Part shown: positions 1 through 9,634 of the stretch, one piece after another
Position numbering within the stretch: the first letter of the stretch is position 1
How the letters are laid out: each line of letters starts with the position of its first letter
Source: a virus
Taxonomy: Duplodnaviria > Caudoviricetes
IMG/VR virus record: IMGVR_UViG_3300020042_003422
Coordinates: 1-27,191 of that record
Length of the DNA: 27,191 nucleotides
Strand: one strand, 5' to 3'
Made by a program: the position numbers and the translations under genes
Notes under the pieces: model-generated
Databases searched by the model: none
The model's input: the letters and a program-made list of their open reading frames with translations, nothing else
Told to the model about the DNA's origin: nothing

Positions 1-2
1 TG

Positions 3-1475
3 ATTGTTGTCTATGATTTTATGTGTGTATATGGCAAAGGTAAAAGTAACTTTTTAGTTATGGGTAGTAATGACACCAAACCAATTGCACTTAGCCAATG
101 CTATGATAACACCATAGGCTTTAATGCTGAGACCATTGCGTCACGCATCAATATCCCTGCAACATTGCAAAATGAGGTAATCAATTGGCAACGCATTTCA
201 AGGTCGAATGTTACAGGTGCTCAGGATAGCGCATACAAGATACTCAGTTGGATTGCAGACGATGGTACTTACATAAACCAAAGCTATCCCTACGTAAACA
301 TTGCGAATTTCAGATATGTATTATATGACAACGCATACGCTCAAATCATAACCTTTGACATTCCAATGGAATTCTTAGAGGGTGGATTGATTCATATTCC
401 TGCAGGATTAAAGAACTTAGTGGATGGTTCATTCATAACACAAGCACAAGCTGACGATACTTCCTTTTGGACTATTGTAGGTGTAGATGGAGATGATGTT
501 GAGGTGACTGCAAAATATGGATTTTATATTGACGAAGATTGCAAACACAACCCAGTGCATTTATATTGGCTCAATCAATTAGGTGGATGGGATAGCTACT
601 CATTCATCAAAAAGAATGAGCGTAGTATTGATGTCGAAAAGAAACGTTACAAGACTTATTTGGGCAACTATAATACTGCGGATGTAGATAATCCATTTGA
701 TACCAAAAACTATTCAAGGTCACTCAATGAGCGTGAACCCATCACAAAGACATTCATTAACTTAACAAGTGACTGGGTAACTGAGTCGGAATACAAATGG
801 ATGCGAGATTTATTCTACTCAAAATCGGTGTGGATGGTTGACGATAACGTAGACGGTTACAATATTCTTCCCGTTGTTGTTGAAGACACAAACTACTTGA
901 TGCGTCGTGAGCGCAATAGTCGCAAATATAACCAATCATTGCGACTTCAATTAGCGAATGAATACGACACCATCAATATCACATCTTACGAATATCCGTT
1001 ACCAGATCCGAATCCCTGCACAATTGTAGATTCAGTTGCGGTGGTTGCTGCAAATGGTATGGCAAATGTATCACCAACTGCAAACGAATATCCAGTTGTG
1101 TTCCAAGGTACAAATTGGGGTATCAATGGAGGTACTAAATATCAGCCTAAGATTTGGAATGTGAATGGTCAGCCATCCGATACAAATGGATTGGTAACTG
1201 GTCAAACGTACAGAGTTGAAATCACTTTGAGTGTGGCAATGAGTGGCTCATTCTATTTCTCTTTTGGTAGGTTTAGCAGTGCGCCATCATTTAACGGATG
1301 GGATTGGGAACTAAACGGAGCGTTAACCACTACGCAAGTCAATAACTTGGTGTGGAATCCTTACAATCTAAGCGGTGGCACGGGTATCTATGGCATCATT
1401 GGAAAGGCAGGATTGACCTTCCCCGGATATAATGGTACAATAACTATAAATGTCTACTCAGGTAGCGGTTGCTAA
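3..1475 (+). CDS. Tail-associated structural protein (distal tail/baseplate hub-like), 5'-truncated by the window edge
   Basis: The frame is open from position 3 with no stop before the ATG at 21. It contains the 'WLNQLGGWDSYSF...LTSDWVTESEYKWMRDLFYS' motif typical of Bacteroidota siphophage tail genes and directly precedes a large tail protein. Confidence 0.65.
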   Translation: MVVYDFMCVYGKGKSNFLVMGSNDTKPIALSQCYDNTIGFNAETIASRINIPATLQNEVINWQRISRSNVTGAQDSAYKILSWIADDGTYINQSYPYVNIANFRYVLYDNAYAQIITFDIPMEFLEGGLIHIPAGLKNLVDGSFITQAQADDTSFWTIVGVDGDDVEVTAKYGFYIDEDCKHNPVHLYWLNQLGGWDSYSFIKKNERSIDVEKKRYKTYLGNYNTADVDNPFDTKNYSRSLNEREPITKTFINLTSDWVTESEYKWMRDLFYSKSVWMVDDNVDGYNILPVVVEDTNYLMRRERNSRKYNQSLRLQLANEYDTINITSYEYPLPDPNPCTIVDSVAVVAANGMANVSPTANEYPVVFQGTNWGINGGTKYQPKIWNVNGQPSDTNGLVTGQTYRVEITLSVAMSGSFYFSFGRFSSAPSFNGWDWELNGALTTTQVNNLVWNPYNLSGGTGIYGIIGKAGLTFPGYNGTITINVYSGSGC

Positions 1476-1478
1476 ACT

Positions 1479-4400
1479 ATGGAAACAGCTTTAATACTAT
1501 ACACCCAAGCGGATAACACTCCGTATTTGGTAGACCTTTACGAGAATGAGAACATCTCTTTGAACTATTCGTTTAACGACATCAAAGATTTAACTCCGAG
1601 AGGTAACTATTCACGCACATTTCGCATTCCATTTACGGAGACCAATGCAAAGATTTTTGGATTTGTACAAGAGAATACTTTTCAATTTAGTGGGTTCAAT
1701 CCCAAGCGCAAAATCAATGCATCCATCACAGTGGATACCATTCCAATCATTGAGGGATATGTGCAATTTAAGGCAGCGTATACAAGCAATGGAGAGGTGA
1801 GTGATTTGGAGATTGTATTCTTTGGGAATGTAGTAGACTTTTTCAAGACAATTGGAGATGCAGACTTCAAAAATTACATTGGTGCTGAATTGCAAATTGA
1901 TTACGATGTAGTTTTAACCTATGATAACTTAGCCACATTAAACGCATCCAATGAGGTTTATCTTGGCTTTGCGGATAGAGGGCAAAATTGGGTAGGTGAA
2001 ATCAATGAAACTGGTACACGTTCAATTTATTCAACAAATGAATCCACTGTCCCTGCTGTTGGTGAACTCACACCAATGGTTTCAGCACGTTATATCTTTG
2101 ATAAGATTTTTGCGTTAAGTGGTTTTCAATTTAACGACACGGATAGTTCTACATTGGTGGAGCAATTGGATAAGATGTGGATTCCGTGGAGTGGTGAAGC
2201 TGGATACATCCAAACCGTTGGCAATCCTGAAACTGCTAAATTCAAATTGGAAGGAGGTGTCGATGGAGATACGATAACGAGTGGGGATTTTAGCGCAATC
2301 ACTTTGGACAATGGGTTAACTTTTTATGGTGCTCCACTTTCGGCAATAACTGAAGTCTTTGACTATGGAAATAACGTAACTGGCAATGAGTACACTGCGC
2401 CTATTTCAGCACGTTATATTTTACAAGCTAATTGTGTTGCAGAAATTGATACAGCTTTACCAACTGGATTTCAATTATTATTTGGATTAGTTCGCACGTA
2501 TGCAGGACAAAAGCAATTGTATCCATATACATCGCCATTTCCTTTTTATGATGTACAAGCTGGAACGGATGAATTGAACACTCCCAAAATTGCGAGCGCA
2601 TATTCATCTTGGAGTTCAACAACCATAGCAGATAATTACATTCCGGAAGGTGCAATAGTTGAGCCTTATGTATTATTTGGAAGTTCTGCAATATTATCTT
2701 GGGGTGGCACAATCACTTTGCGCAATGATGCAGGTGGTTCGTTCAATACTTTGTTCAAATCTAACTCCATCACTAAACCATATTTTGGTAATCCAATAGA
2801 CTGGGCAGCCAATGCACCAATAATGAAATGCAGTGAGTTTATCTCCTCTATTTTCAAGATGTTCAATTTGGTGGTTATTGCTGACGATATTAACCCAAGA
2901 TTGTTGTCATTTATACCCATTCAAGAATACTTAGCACAAGGCAATACCAAAGATTGGTCAAATAAAATAGACCTTTCAAAAGACATCACTTTGACTTCAA
3001 CTGCTGACTACCAATCACAGCAAAATACTTGGACTTACAAACAATCAACTGATTACATCAATAGTCTTTACAATTCGCAAGGTGATCGTATTTATGGTAG
3101 GCTGTTATTGATTGATCCAGAAAACGACTTTGCAACCAAAGAACAAAAGACTGAATTGATGTTCAGTCCTACACCTTTGGCATTGATTAAAGGAACTGAA
3201 TACCCTATACCAAAATTCATTAACAATACTGGTCAATATGTCAATGCAGGGGTTAAGATATTATACCAATGCGATAGTACAATTGTAATCAATTTGTTTA
3301 ACAATGATGCAGAGACAATAGTATCGGAAACATTGAATATATTTAGCCATTACACCACTGCAATACCATCCATTGCAGATGAAGATTTGAACTTTGGTCA
3401 AGAAATACCATTGCATCCCATTGCATCCACTCCGTGGCAAACACTTTACGCACGTTATTGGAATGATTATATTGCTGACATTTACGCACCTGATGCACGT
3501 ATTATTGAAGCGTTTTTTGCGTTAGACTTTGCCGATATTTATCAGTTCAAATTCAATGACCAAATATTCATAAGAGATTCATATTGGAGGATTCTTGAAA
3601 TTAGCGACTATGTGGTAGGTATGCAAGACACGGTTAAGGTGCGACTGATTAAAATGGTGAGCGCGACCCCCGATTGTTTGCTTCATCCAGGTGCCACAAT
3701 AAACGTAGATGGAAGCGTGCCATTCTTGGATAGCAATGATGATGCTGCAGCAGCCACTGAGGCCTGTTGTAATAAGTACGGTTACTTTTGGGTGAATGAT
3801 GACTGCTATGCTATCCTGCGAGATGGGAAAGGTTCAGGTGGTAAAGAGCCATCTATTTTAGATGATAATAGCACACCTACATCGGATGTAAACAACTCAA
3901 AAAATGCATTGATACAAGTCAATAATTCAGTAGTGAAAGAAGGTAATGATAGGTCTATTGTGATAAGCGATACAAGCTATCTCGGTTCAAATAATAACGG
4001 CTCATTTGTCAGTGGCAATAGAAACTATGTAGAAGATGGATTGGGTTCGGTAACCGTTCTTGGCGATTCAGCAAATACAATTAACCGAGAGGTCACAATT
4101 GGTAGCGGTGGAACTTATGCTGGTGAATACCAAAGCGGTATGATTCAACTGTTGGGTAGTGGCGATTTCACCAATGATACCACACCAATAACATTAACCA
4201 ATTTTGGTAACTACATCACTATGCCTGATGATTCAGTATGGTATGCAAAATTGATGCTGACTGTTGGACAAATCAATCTTGGAATTGATGGCAATGGAGT
4301 AGTAGAATTCAATCTTCATTTGGCATCAAGCGCAGGGGTGCTATCCGTTAAAGATGCAATCATTGTAACTGAAAATTTAGAAACGTTTAGCGGCAACTTT

Positions 4401-4526
4401 GAGTTCGATGTTGACATTATCGGATTGACTTTTGCTCCACGTTTACTCCTTAAAAATGACACCTATCCACAAGATAATGTCTTTGTGGCAGGTCAAGTAA
4501 TTTACAATCAATACCATTATGAATAA
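1479..4526 (+). CDS. Large tail tip/baseplate protein (1015 aa)
   Basis: N-terminal 'DLYENENISLNYSFNDIKD...YSRTFRIP' and internal 'KMFNLV...FIPIQEY...DWSNKID' and 'LYARYWNDYI...IFIRDSYWRI' blocks are typical of Bacteroidota phage tail proteins. The C-terminus is beta-rich and Ser/Asn/Gly-rich. Confidence 0.7.
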   Translation: METALILYTQADNTPYLVDLYENENISLNYSFNDIKDLTPRGNYSRTFRIPFTETNAKIFGFVQENTFQFSGFNPKRKINASITVDTIPIIEGYVQFKAAYTSNGEVSDLEIVFFGNVVDFFKTIGDADFKNYIGAELQIDYDVVLTYDNLATLNASNEVYLGFADRGQNWVGEINETGTRSIYSTNESTVPAVGELTPMVSARYIFDKIFALSGFQFNDTDSSTLVEQLDKMWIPWSGEAGYIQTVGNPETAKFKLEGGVDGDTITSGDFSAITLDNGLTFYGAPLSAITEVFDYGNNVTGNEYTAPISARYILQANCVAEIDTALPTGFQLLFGLVRTYAGQKQLYPYTSPFPFYDVQAGTDELNTPKIASAYSSWSSTTIADNYIPEGAIVEPYVLFGSSAILSWGGTITLRNDAGGSFNTLFKSNSITKPYFGNPIDWAANAPIMKCSEFISSIFKMFNLVVIADDINPRLLSFIPIQEYLAQGNTKDWSNKIDLSKDITLTSTADYQSQQNTWTYKQSTDYINSLYNSQGDRIYGRLLLIDPENDFATKEQKTELMFSPTPLALIKGTEYPIPKFINNTGQYVNAGVKILYQCDSTIVINLFNNDAETIVSETLNIFSHYTTAIPSIADEDLNFGQEIPLHPIASTPWQTLYARYWNDYIADIYAPDARIIEAFFALDFADIYQFKFNDQIFIRDSYWRILEISDYVVGMQDTVKVRLIKMVSATPDCLLHPGATINVDGSVPFLDSNDDAAAATEACCNKYGYFWVNDDCYAILRDGKGSGGKEPSILDDNSTPTSDVNNSKNALIQVNNSVVKEGNDRSIVISDTSYLGSNNNGSFVSGNRNYVEDGLGSVTVLGDSANTINREVTIGSGGTYAGEYQSGMIQLLGSGDFTNDTTPITLTNFGNYITMPDDSVWYAKLMLTVGQINLGIDGNGVVEFNLHLASSAGVLSVKDAIIVTENLETFSGNFEFDVDIIGLTFAPRLLLKNDTYPQDNVFVAGQVIYNQYHYE

Positions 4527-4701
4527 TCCACAACAGACTTTTAAGAATATTTGCGAGATGCAAAAGATGGGCATCAAGTCAAGCCATCCATCAAGCGAAA
4601 ATAAGTTATCAAATTGGGTAACCAAAGGCATCAATTATGCGGTTGTTGCTACTTTAATTGTAGGCACTATTTATTTAATTAAACTGATTTGTAATGGCTG
4701 A
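4519..4701 (+). CDS. Small membrane protein (60 aa)
   Basis: Overlaps both neighbours by 8 nt, suggesting translational coupling. It has a C-terminal hydrophobic helix 'YAVVATLIVGTIYLIKLI'. Confidence 0.6.
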   Translation: MNNPQQTFKNICEMQKMGIKSSHPSSENKLSNWVTKGINYAVVATLIVGTIYLIKLICNG

Positions 4702-6304
4702 TAATAAAGTTGTTTTAGAATTTGAACTGCAAGGTAACGCAACCGAAAAGACGCAGTCATTAAGGGCGCAAATGCGTCAATTAAGGGAAGAACTGGCAAA
4801 GCTACCCGAAGGCACTGCTGAATACAACAAGGTGCAAAGACAGTTGGGGGAACTGACTGATAAAGTAGGTGATTTAAGCAGGTCGGTTAACACGTTAGCA
4901 GGAGATCCATTGGAAAGATTGAACAATTCCTTTGGAATGATTGGCTCGTCTATCTTTTCATTGGACTTTGGTGCGGCACAAACTGGATTGCAAGGAGTAA
5001 CCAGTGCGATTAAAGATTTTAAATTTGGAGACCTCACAAAAGCGGCCAAAGGATTTGGAAGCACGATGATGGATTTGGGTAAGGCATTACTTACGAATCC
5101 TATCTTTTTAATTGGTGGAATCATTGCTTTAATCGTTGCAAATTTTGAAGCATTAACAGAGGCAGGTGGATTGGTGGGTAAAATGTTTGGTTTTCTCAAA
5201 ACAACCATTGATTCAGTTACGCAAGGTCTTGTAGATTTTATGGACTGGATAGGGTTAACCGATTCCAAAGCTGCAGAACGTGCTGAGAATGATAAGAAAA
5301 GAGCAGAGGAAAGTAAAAAGTTAAAGGATGAGGAACTGAAAAAGGCGCAGGAAGTAGAGAAAGAAAAAGAAAGATTAGCCAAAGAGGCAGCAGAGAAAGA
5401 GGCGCAAAGAATGCAGAAAATCAGAGATGACCAAAAGTCTTTAACTGAATTTTTGAAAGGTGAGAATGAAAAGCGATACCAAAATACTTTATCTAATCGT
5501 GAAAAAGAACTTCGTCAACTTGAATTAGAATATGAGCAAAAGAAAAAACTTGCTTATGGAGATAAAGAACTTTTGGTTGCGTTAGATAACGAATACAATG
5601 CGCAAAGATTAGGAATTGAATCAAATTATTTTACTGCATCCAAACAAATTAAATCCGCATCAGTACAAGAAGATACAAAAATAAAAGCAGATGGATTAAG
5701 GTCAACAATTCAATTTGCCAATGACGAACAACTTGTTGAATATGAAAGCGCAGAAAATCAAAAAGAAATAGCGAAAAGTCTATATGAAAGTCGCTTTATG
5801 TTGGCACAGGCATCGGTCAACGCTTTAATGGACTTAAATTCATTCCTTACCGATAGCGGTTTAATTAATGCTAAAAAGTCTTTCCAAATTAACAAGGCGT
5901 TAGGTATAGCACAAGCATCCATAACAACTTATGAAGGTGCTGCCAATGCATTTACAACAGCTTCAAAGTCTCCTATTGCTATTGCCTTCCCGGGTTATCC
6001 TGCATTGATGGCAGGAATAGCAGTTGCCGCAGGTCTTGCGAAGGTTGCCAAAATCGCAGCAACTAAATTTAATCCAAGTGGCGGTGCATCTGCACCATCA
6101 GGTGGTGGAGGTGGTGGAGGTGGCGCAATGGGTGGAATGGGTGGCGGCGGTGGATCAACATCTGCTCCAGCATTGGACTTGTCATTCCTAAACAACGGAC
6201 AAACCAAAGCACAACCGATACAATCTTACGTTTTAGCTACTAATGTAACATCGGCGCAAGATGCACAACAGAAGATTTTAGACCAATCAAAACTAATAAA
6301 ATAA
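4694..6304 (+). CDS. Tape-measure-like protein (536 aa)
   Basis: N-terminal coiled coil, hydrophobic 'LLTNPIFLIGGIIALIVANF', a long E/K/R helical centre, Ala-rich 'AGIAVAAGLAKVAKIAATKF', a Gly linker and C-terminal 'IQSYVLATNVTSAQ'. Confidence 0.7.
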   Translation: MADNKVVLEFELQGNATEKTQSLRAQMRQLREELAKLPEGTAEYNKVQRQLGELTDKVGDLSRSVNTLAGDPLERLNNSFGMIGSSIFSLDFGAAQTGLQGVTSAIKDFKFGDLTKAAKGFGSTMMDLGKALLTNPIFLIGGIIALIVANFEALTEAGGLVGKMFGFLKTTIDSVTQGLVDFMDWIGLTDSKAAERAENDKKRAEESKKLKDEELKKAQEVEKEKERLAKEAAEKEAQRMQKIRDDQKSLTEFLKGENEKRYQNTLSNREKELRQLELEYEQKKKLAYGDKELLVALDNEYNAQRLGIESNYFTASKQIKSASVQEDTKIKADGLRSTIQFANDEQLVEYESAENQKEIAKSLYESRFMLAQASVNALMDLNSFLTDSGLINAKKSFQINKALGIAQASITTYEGAANAFTTASKSPIAIAFPGYPALMAGIAVAAGLAKVAKIAATKFNPSGGASAPSGGGGGGGGAMGGMGGGGGSTSAPALDLSFLNNGQTKAQPIQSYVLATNVTSAQDAQQKILDQSKLIK

Positions 6305-6305
6305 A

Positions 6306-6902
6306 ATGAAAGAAGAAGAAGTAAAAGTCATTGAGTACACCATTGATGATAGTGGATACTTGGGAGTACACGCAATGTCATTGGTAGAAAATCCCGCTAT
6401 TGAAGTGGATTTTGTAGCACTATCTAAAACACGCAAAGTACAACAAGCTGCGGTTGAAGAAGGCGAAAGAAAAATGGTATATGGTGCGGTGATGTTACCC
6501 GAGCAATTGATCTACCGAGTTGATACCGCAGGCCGTGAGTATTATTGTAAGTATTCCAAAGAGACAATCAATAAGATAGCGCAGGAATATCTTAAAAGGA
6601 ATATGCATCACAACTCCAATCTTGAACACGAAATTCCAGTGGCGGGTTGCACGGTTGTTGAGTCTTGGATAACCGAAGGTCAATTCGACAAAAGTCAAAA
6701 CTTTGGATTCTCCTTTCCTGAAGGTACTTGGTGCATAGGGATGAAGATAGATAACGATGAGGTATGGCAATCAATTAAGCAGGGTGATGTCAAAGGCTTT
6801 TCATTGGAAGGATTCTTTACTGAAATTAGTGACGAATATATGACTCAACAAGAGATAGAAAAGATAATGAAGGAACTCGAAAATGAGTTAAGCGGACTGT
6901 AA
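6306..6902 (+). CDS. XkdF-like putative prohead serine protease
   Basis: Motifs 'SLVENPAIE', 'NSNLEH', 'VVESWI', 'GTW' and 'KGFSLEG'. It lies upstream of the scaffold and capsid genes. Confidence 0.8.
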   Translation: MKEEEVKVIEYTIDDSGYLGVHAMSLVENPAIEVDFVALSKTRKVQQAAVEEGERKMVYGAVMLPEQLIYRVDTAGREYYCKYSKETINKIAQEYLKRNMHHNSNLEHEIPVAGCTVVESWITEGQFDKSQNFGFSFPEGTWCIGMKIDNDEVWQSIKQGDVKGFSLEGFFTEISDEYMTQQEIEKIMKELENELSGL

Positions 6903-6937
6903 CGATTACACCGCGTGCAGGTGTATGTTTACCCGAC

Positions 6938-6972
6938 AAAAAAGGCCTCCACGTTTGGGGGCCTTCTTTGTT
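6938..6972 (+). terminator. Intrinsic terminator, probably bidirectional
   Basis: AAGGCCTCCA (6942-6951) pairs with TGGGGGCCTT (6956-6965) with one G-U and a 4-nt loop. An A-run precedes it and CTTTGTT follows. Confidence 0.7.
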
Positions 6973-7027
6973 GAAACAACTAAACAAACTTAAACGAAAA
7001 CTATGCTGGAACAAAAATAGTGTTTTT

Positions 7028-7035
7028 GCTACTTA
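7028..7035 (+). promoter_or_regulatory. Candidate phage late-promoter element GCTACTTA
   Basis: Intergenic, after a terminator and 25 nt before the scaffold ATG. The same octamer precedes the gene at 26532. Confidence 0.35.
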
Positions 7036-7060
7036 TGATTAGAAAAACAAAAAAGTAGAT

Positions 7061-7648
7061 ATGAACAAAGTAACAGAAATTGTTTCTAAATACGCTGATC
7101 GTTTGAAGGCCTTTGGTATTCAGTTGTCAGCCGAAGGAGAAATAACAAAAGAAGCACAGATGGCAATGGCCATTCTTGCCGATGGCACGGAGGTCTATTC
7201 TCCAGATGCTGAATTCGCAGTAGGTAGCGAACTTTTCGTAATGGATGCCGATGGCAATCCAGTACCTGCACCCGATGGAGAACACACAACTGCCGAAGGT
7301 AAAATGATTGTAGTTAGCGGTGGTCTAATTACTGAAATCAAAGAACCAATGGAAGAAGAACCAAAGGTTGAAATCGAAATTGAAAAGGAAGAACAAGCTG
7401 CCTTTGACGGTGTTAGCCGTGAGGAATTCGATTCAACAATCAACTCTTTGATGGAGGCTTTTGAAGCAAAGATTGCATCATTGAATGCTGAAAAGGAAAC
7501 TCTTTCTTCAGCTATCGAAAAGATGTCAAAGCAACCAGCTACCGATTCAGTAAAGAAGTCAGTTTCAGTTGCACAATCTGCACCAATTGACTTGGCTAAA
7601 ATGGATTCTAAGAATAGAATCTTCTCAATCATAAACAAATACAAATAA
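7061..7648 (+). CDS. Capsid scaffolding protein
   Basis: Acidic protein with 'LADGT...VGSELFV...PAPDGEH' then a coiled coil. It sits between the protease and the capsid gene. Confidence 0.7.
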   Translation: MNKVTEIVSKYADRLKAFGIQLSAEGEITKEAQMAMAILADGTEVYSPDAEFAVGSELFVMDADGNPVPAPDGEHTTAEGKMIVVSGGLITEIKEPMEEEPKVEIEIEKEEQAAFDGVSREEFDSTINSLMEAFEAKIASLNAEKETLSSAIEKMSKQPATDSVKKSVSVAQSAPIDLAKMDSKNRIFSIINKYK

Positions 7649-7666
7649 TAAAATAAAAAAAGAAAA

Positions 7667-8593
7667 ATGGCTTCAAGTTTAGAAATCAACAATTCAACCT
7701 ACGCAGGTGAATTAGCGTTGCCATACATCAACGCAGCCATCCTATCAGGAGATACTTTGGCTAAAAATTATGTAACACTTAAGGAAGGTGTAAAGTACAA
7801 GGCAGTAATGAAGAAGTTGTCAAATGCGGCATCTTTGGTACAAGCTGCATCTTGCGACTTTTCACAAGCTGGAGACTTGCAATTGGATGAGTCAGTTTTG
7901 GTTGTATCTGATTTGAAGGTGAATCTTGAACTTTGCAAAGCTGAATTTGCACGTGACTGGGAAGCGGCTGCTACTGGTCGTGGATTCATCAATGATGTTG
8001 TTCCTGCTAACTTCTCTGATTTCTTGATTGGTTACGCTGCTGCTAAAGTTGCTGAGAACATCGAGTTTACAATTTGGCAAGGTACATCAGGTGCTGGAAC
8101 TTATCCTGCATTTGATGGATTTGAAGAAATTGTTGATGTAAATTCTACTTACTACCGTAATGATTGGACTGCTGGAGCTATGGCTGTTGGTACTGTAATT
8201 GCTAACTTAAATCAAGTAATTGACAACTTGCCAGTTGCATTGATTGGTTCGCCTGAGACCAAGTTGTATATGAACAGACAAACTGCTCAGTTCTATCGCC
8301 AAGCGGTTGCAGCAGATGGTTACTTGCAACAATTCCAAGCGTCTGCAGATTTCAATTTGCAGTTCAATGGTTACGACATTTATGTTTGTCCAGGTATCAG
8401 CAACGGAACTGTAATTGCTGCTCAACCTTCTAACTTGTTTGTAGGTGTAGATGCAAATTCTGATTTCGCTGAAGTAAGAGTAGTTGATATGACTTTGACT
8501 GATGCATCTGACAACGTTCGTATGGCGATGAGATTCCGTGTAGGAGTTCAAGTCGGTGTATTGGGTGACGTTGTTTATTGCTACAACGACTAA
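7667..8593 (+). CDS. Major capsid protein (308 aa)
   Basis: 'TYAGE...YINAAILSG', 'VNLELCK', 'AENIEFTIWQG' and 'SDNVRMAMRF' match Bacteroidota phage HK97-fold capsids. It has an A-rich initiation region and a downstream terminator. Confidence 0.85.
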   Translation: MASSLEINNSTYAGELALPYINAAILSGDTLAKNYVTLKEGVKYKAVMKKLSNAASLVQAASCDFSQAGDLQLDESVLVVSDLKVNLELCKAEFARDWEAAATGRGFINDVVPANFSDFLIGYAAAKVAENIEFTIWQGTSGAGTYPAFDGFEEIVDVNSTYYRNDWTAGAMAVGTVIANLNQVIDNLPVALIGSPETKLYMNRQTAQFYRQAVAADGYLQQFQASADFNLQFNGYDIYVCPGISNGTVIAAQPSNLFVGVDANSDFAEVRVVDMTLTDASDNVRMAMRFRVGVQVGVLGDVVYCYND

Positions 8594-8610
8594 TAATAAC
8601 CACAAGTAAT

Positions 8611-8646
8611 AGGGAAGGTGGTTAGGTCTGCCTTCCCTTTATTTTA
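8611..8646 (+). terminator. Intrinsic terminator after the capsid gene
   Basis: AGGGAAGGTGG (8611-8621) pairs with CTGCCTTCCCT (8628-8638) and is followed by TTATTTT. Confidence 0.8.
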
Positions 8647-8667
8647 ACTAATAAAAAATATAAAATT

Positions 8668-9213
8668 ATGGCTTGTGAATTAACCGCAGGATTTACACTT
8701 GATTGCAAAGATACAATCGGAGGAATCAAAGCAATCTACTTGCAACAACACGCTGACTTTTTGACGGGTGTAACTGCTGATGCAGGGACTGAAGAGATTG
8801 ATGCGTTGCCTACTGCATCCATCTACAAATACATTTGTCCAAAGCACACGGGTAGCTTTAGCGAAGAGGTGGCTTCATCTGTTGAAAATGGAACTATTTT
8901 CTATACACAAACGGTAACTGCTACATTCTTTAAGTTAACTGCTCCACGCAGAAAGCAATTAGAATTGGTTGCCAAGAATCGTTTGGTTGTTTTTGTACAA
9001 GATAACAACGATAACATTTGGATGGTTGGTCGTATGGATGGTGCTGAAGTTACTGCAATGACTACCGCTACTGGAGTTGCCAAAGGTGATTTGAATGGTT
9101 ATACCATTACATTTACCGCAGAAGAGGCTCACAAAGCATATCGTTTGGAATCGTTTACATCAGTTCCTTTCGATAACTTTGAAGACATTACTGTTGTAGC
9201 TCCAACTATTTAA
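8668..9213 (+). CDS. Major tail tube protein (probable)
   Basis: 'MACELTAG...CKDTIGGIKAIY', 'ENGTIFYTQT' and 'GDLNGYTITFTAEE' match the conserved structural protein that follows the capsid gene in Bacteroidota siphophages. Confidence 0.65.
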   Translation: MACELTAGFTLDCKDTIGGIKAIYLQQHADFLTGVTADAGTEEIDALPTASIYKYICPKHTGSFSEEVASSVENGTIFYTQTVTATFFKLTAPRRKQLELVAKNRLVVFVQDNNDNIWMVGRMDGAEVTAMTTATGVAKGDLNGYTITFTAEEAHKAYRLESFTSVPFDNFEDITVVAPTI

Positions 9214-9229
9214 TTAACTTTGTAAGTAG

Positions 9230-9634
9230 ATGAATTACTTACAGACTAATACCGCCTCGCAAACCCTTCTTCTTTCATTAGAAGAGGGGGTTTTGCTTTT
9301 ACCTTCATTCACGGATTACTTACTTGTGATTCAAAATGAAATCACACTACAACTATTTGCGGTTATTCCTATCTTAATTGATAGCAATGAGCGAATAACT
9401 ACTTTGAGCGTTAGCACTGATACAGATGATGCGGAGAATGGATGCGTTTTAATAACTCAAAGTGGCCGTTACAATTATATAATTTATGGTCAAAATTCAT
9501 CTACTAATTTAGATCCTGAGGATGCTGTTGTAATTGGAGAATTGAAGCGTGGATTCATTGAATTCACTGCGCTAACTGAATACTTTGACCAGCCCAACCT
9601 AACAATCCCTAATGACATCGAATACAATGGCTAA
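9230..9634 (+). CDS. Putative virion structural/head-completion protein
   Basis: Beta-rich acidic 134-aa ORF with 'YNYIIYGQNSSTNLDP'. It overlaps the portal start. Confidence 0.5.
   Translation: MNYLQTNTASQTLLLSLEEGVLLLPSFTDYLLVIQNEITLQLFAVIPILIDSNERITTLSVSTDTDDAENGCVLITQSGRYNYIIYGQNSSTNLDPEDAVVIGELKRGFIEFTALTEYFDQPNLTIPNDIEYNG

Noticed and set aside
4777-5382. 201-aa antisense ORF, and similar antisense ORFs such as 7195-7692, 8207-8605, 17157-17471 and 20209-20559
   Set aside because: These are shadows of well-supported genes on the opposite strand, with no motifs or initiation signals.
6079-6153. GGT/GGC low-complexity repeat
   Set aside because: It simply encodes the Gly-rich linker of the tape-measure-like protein.
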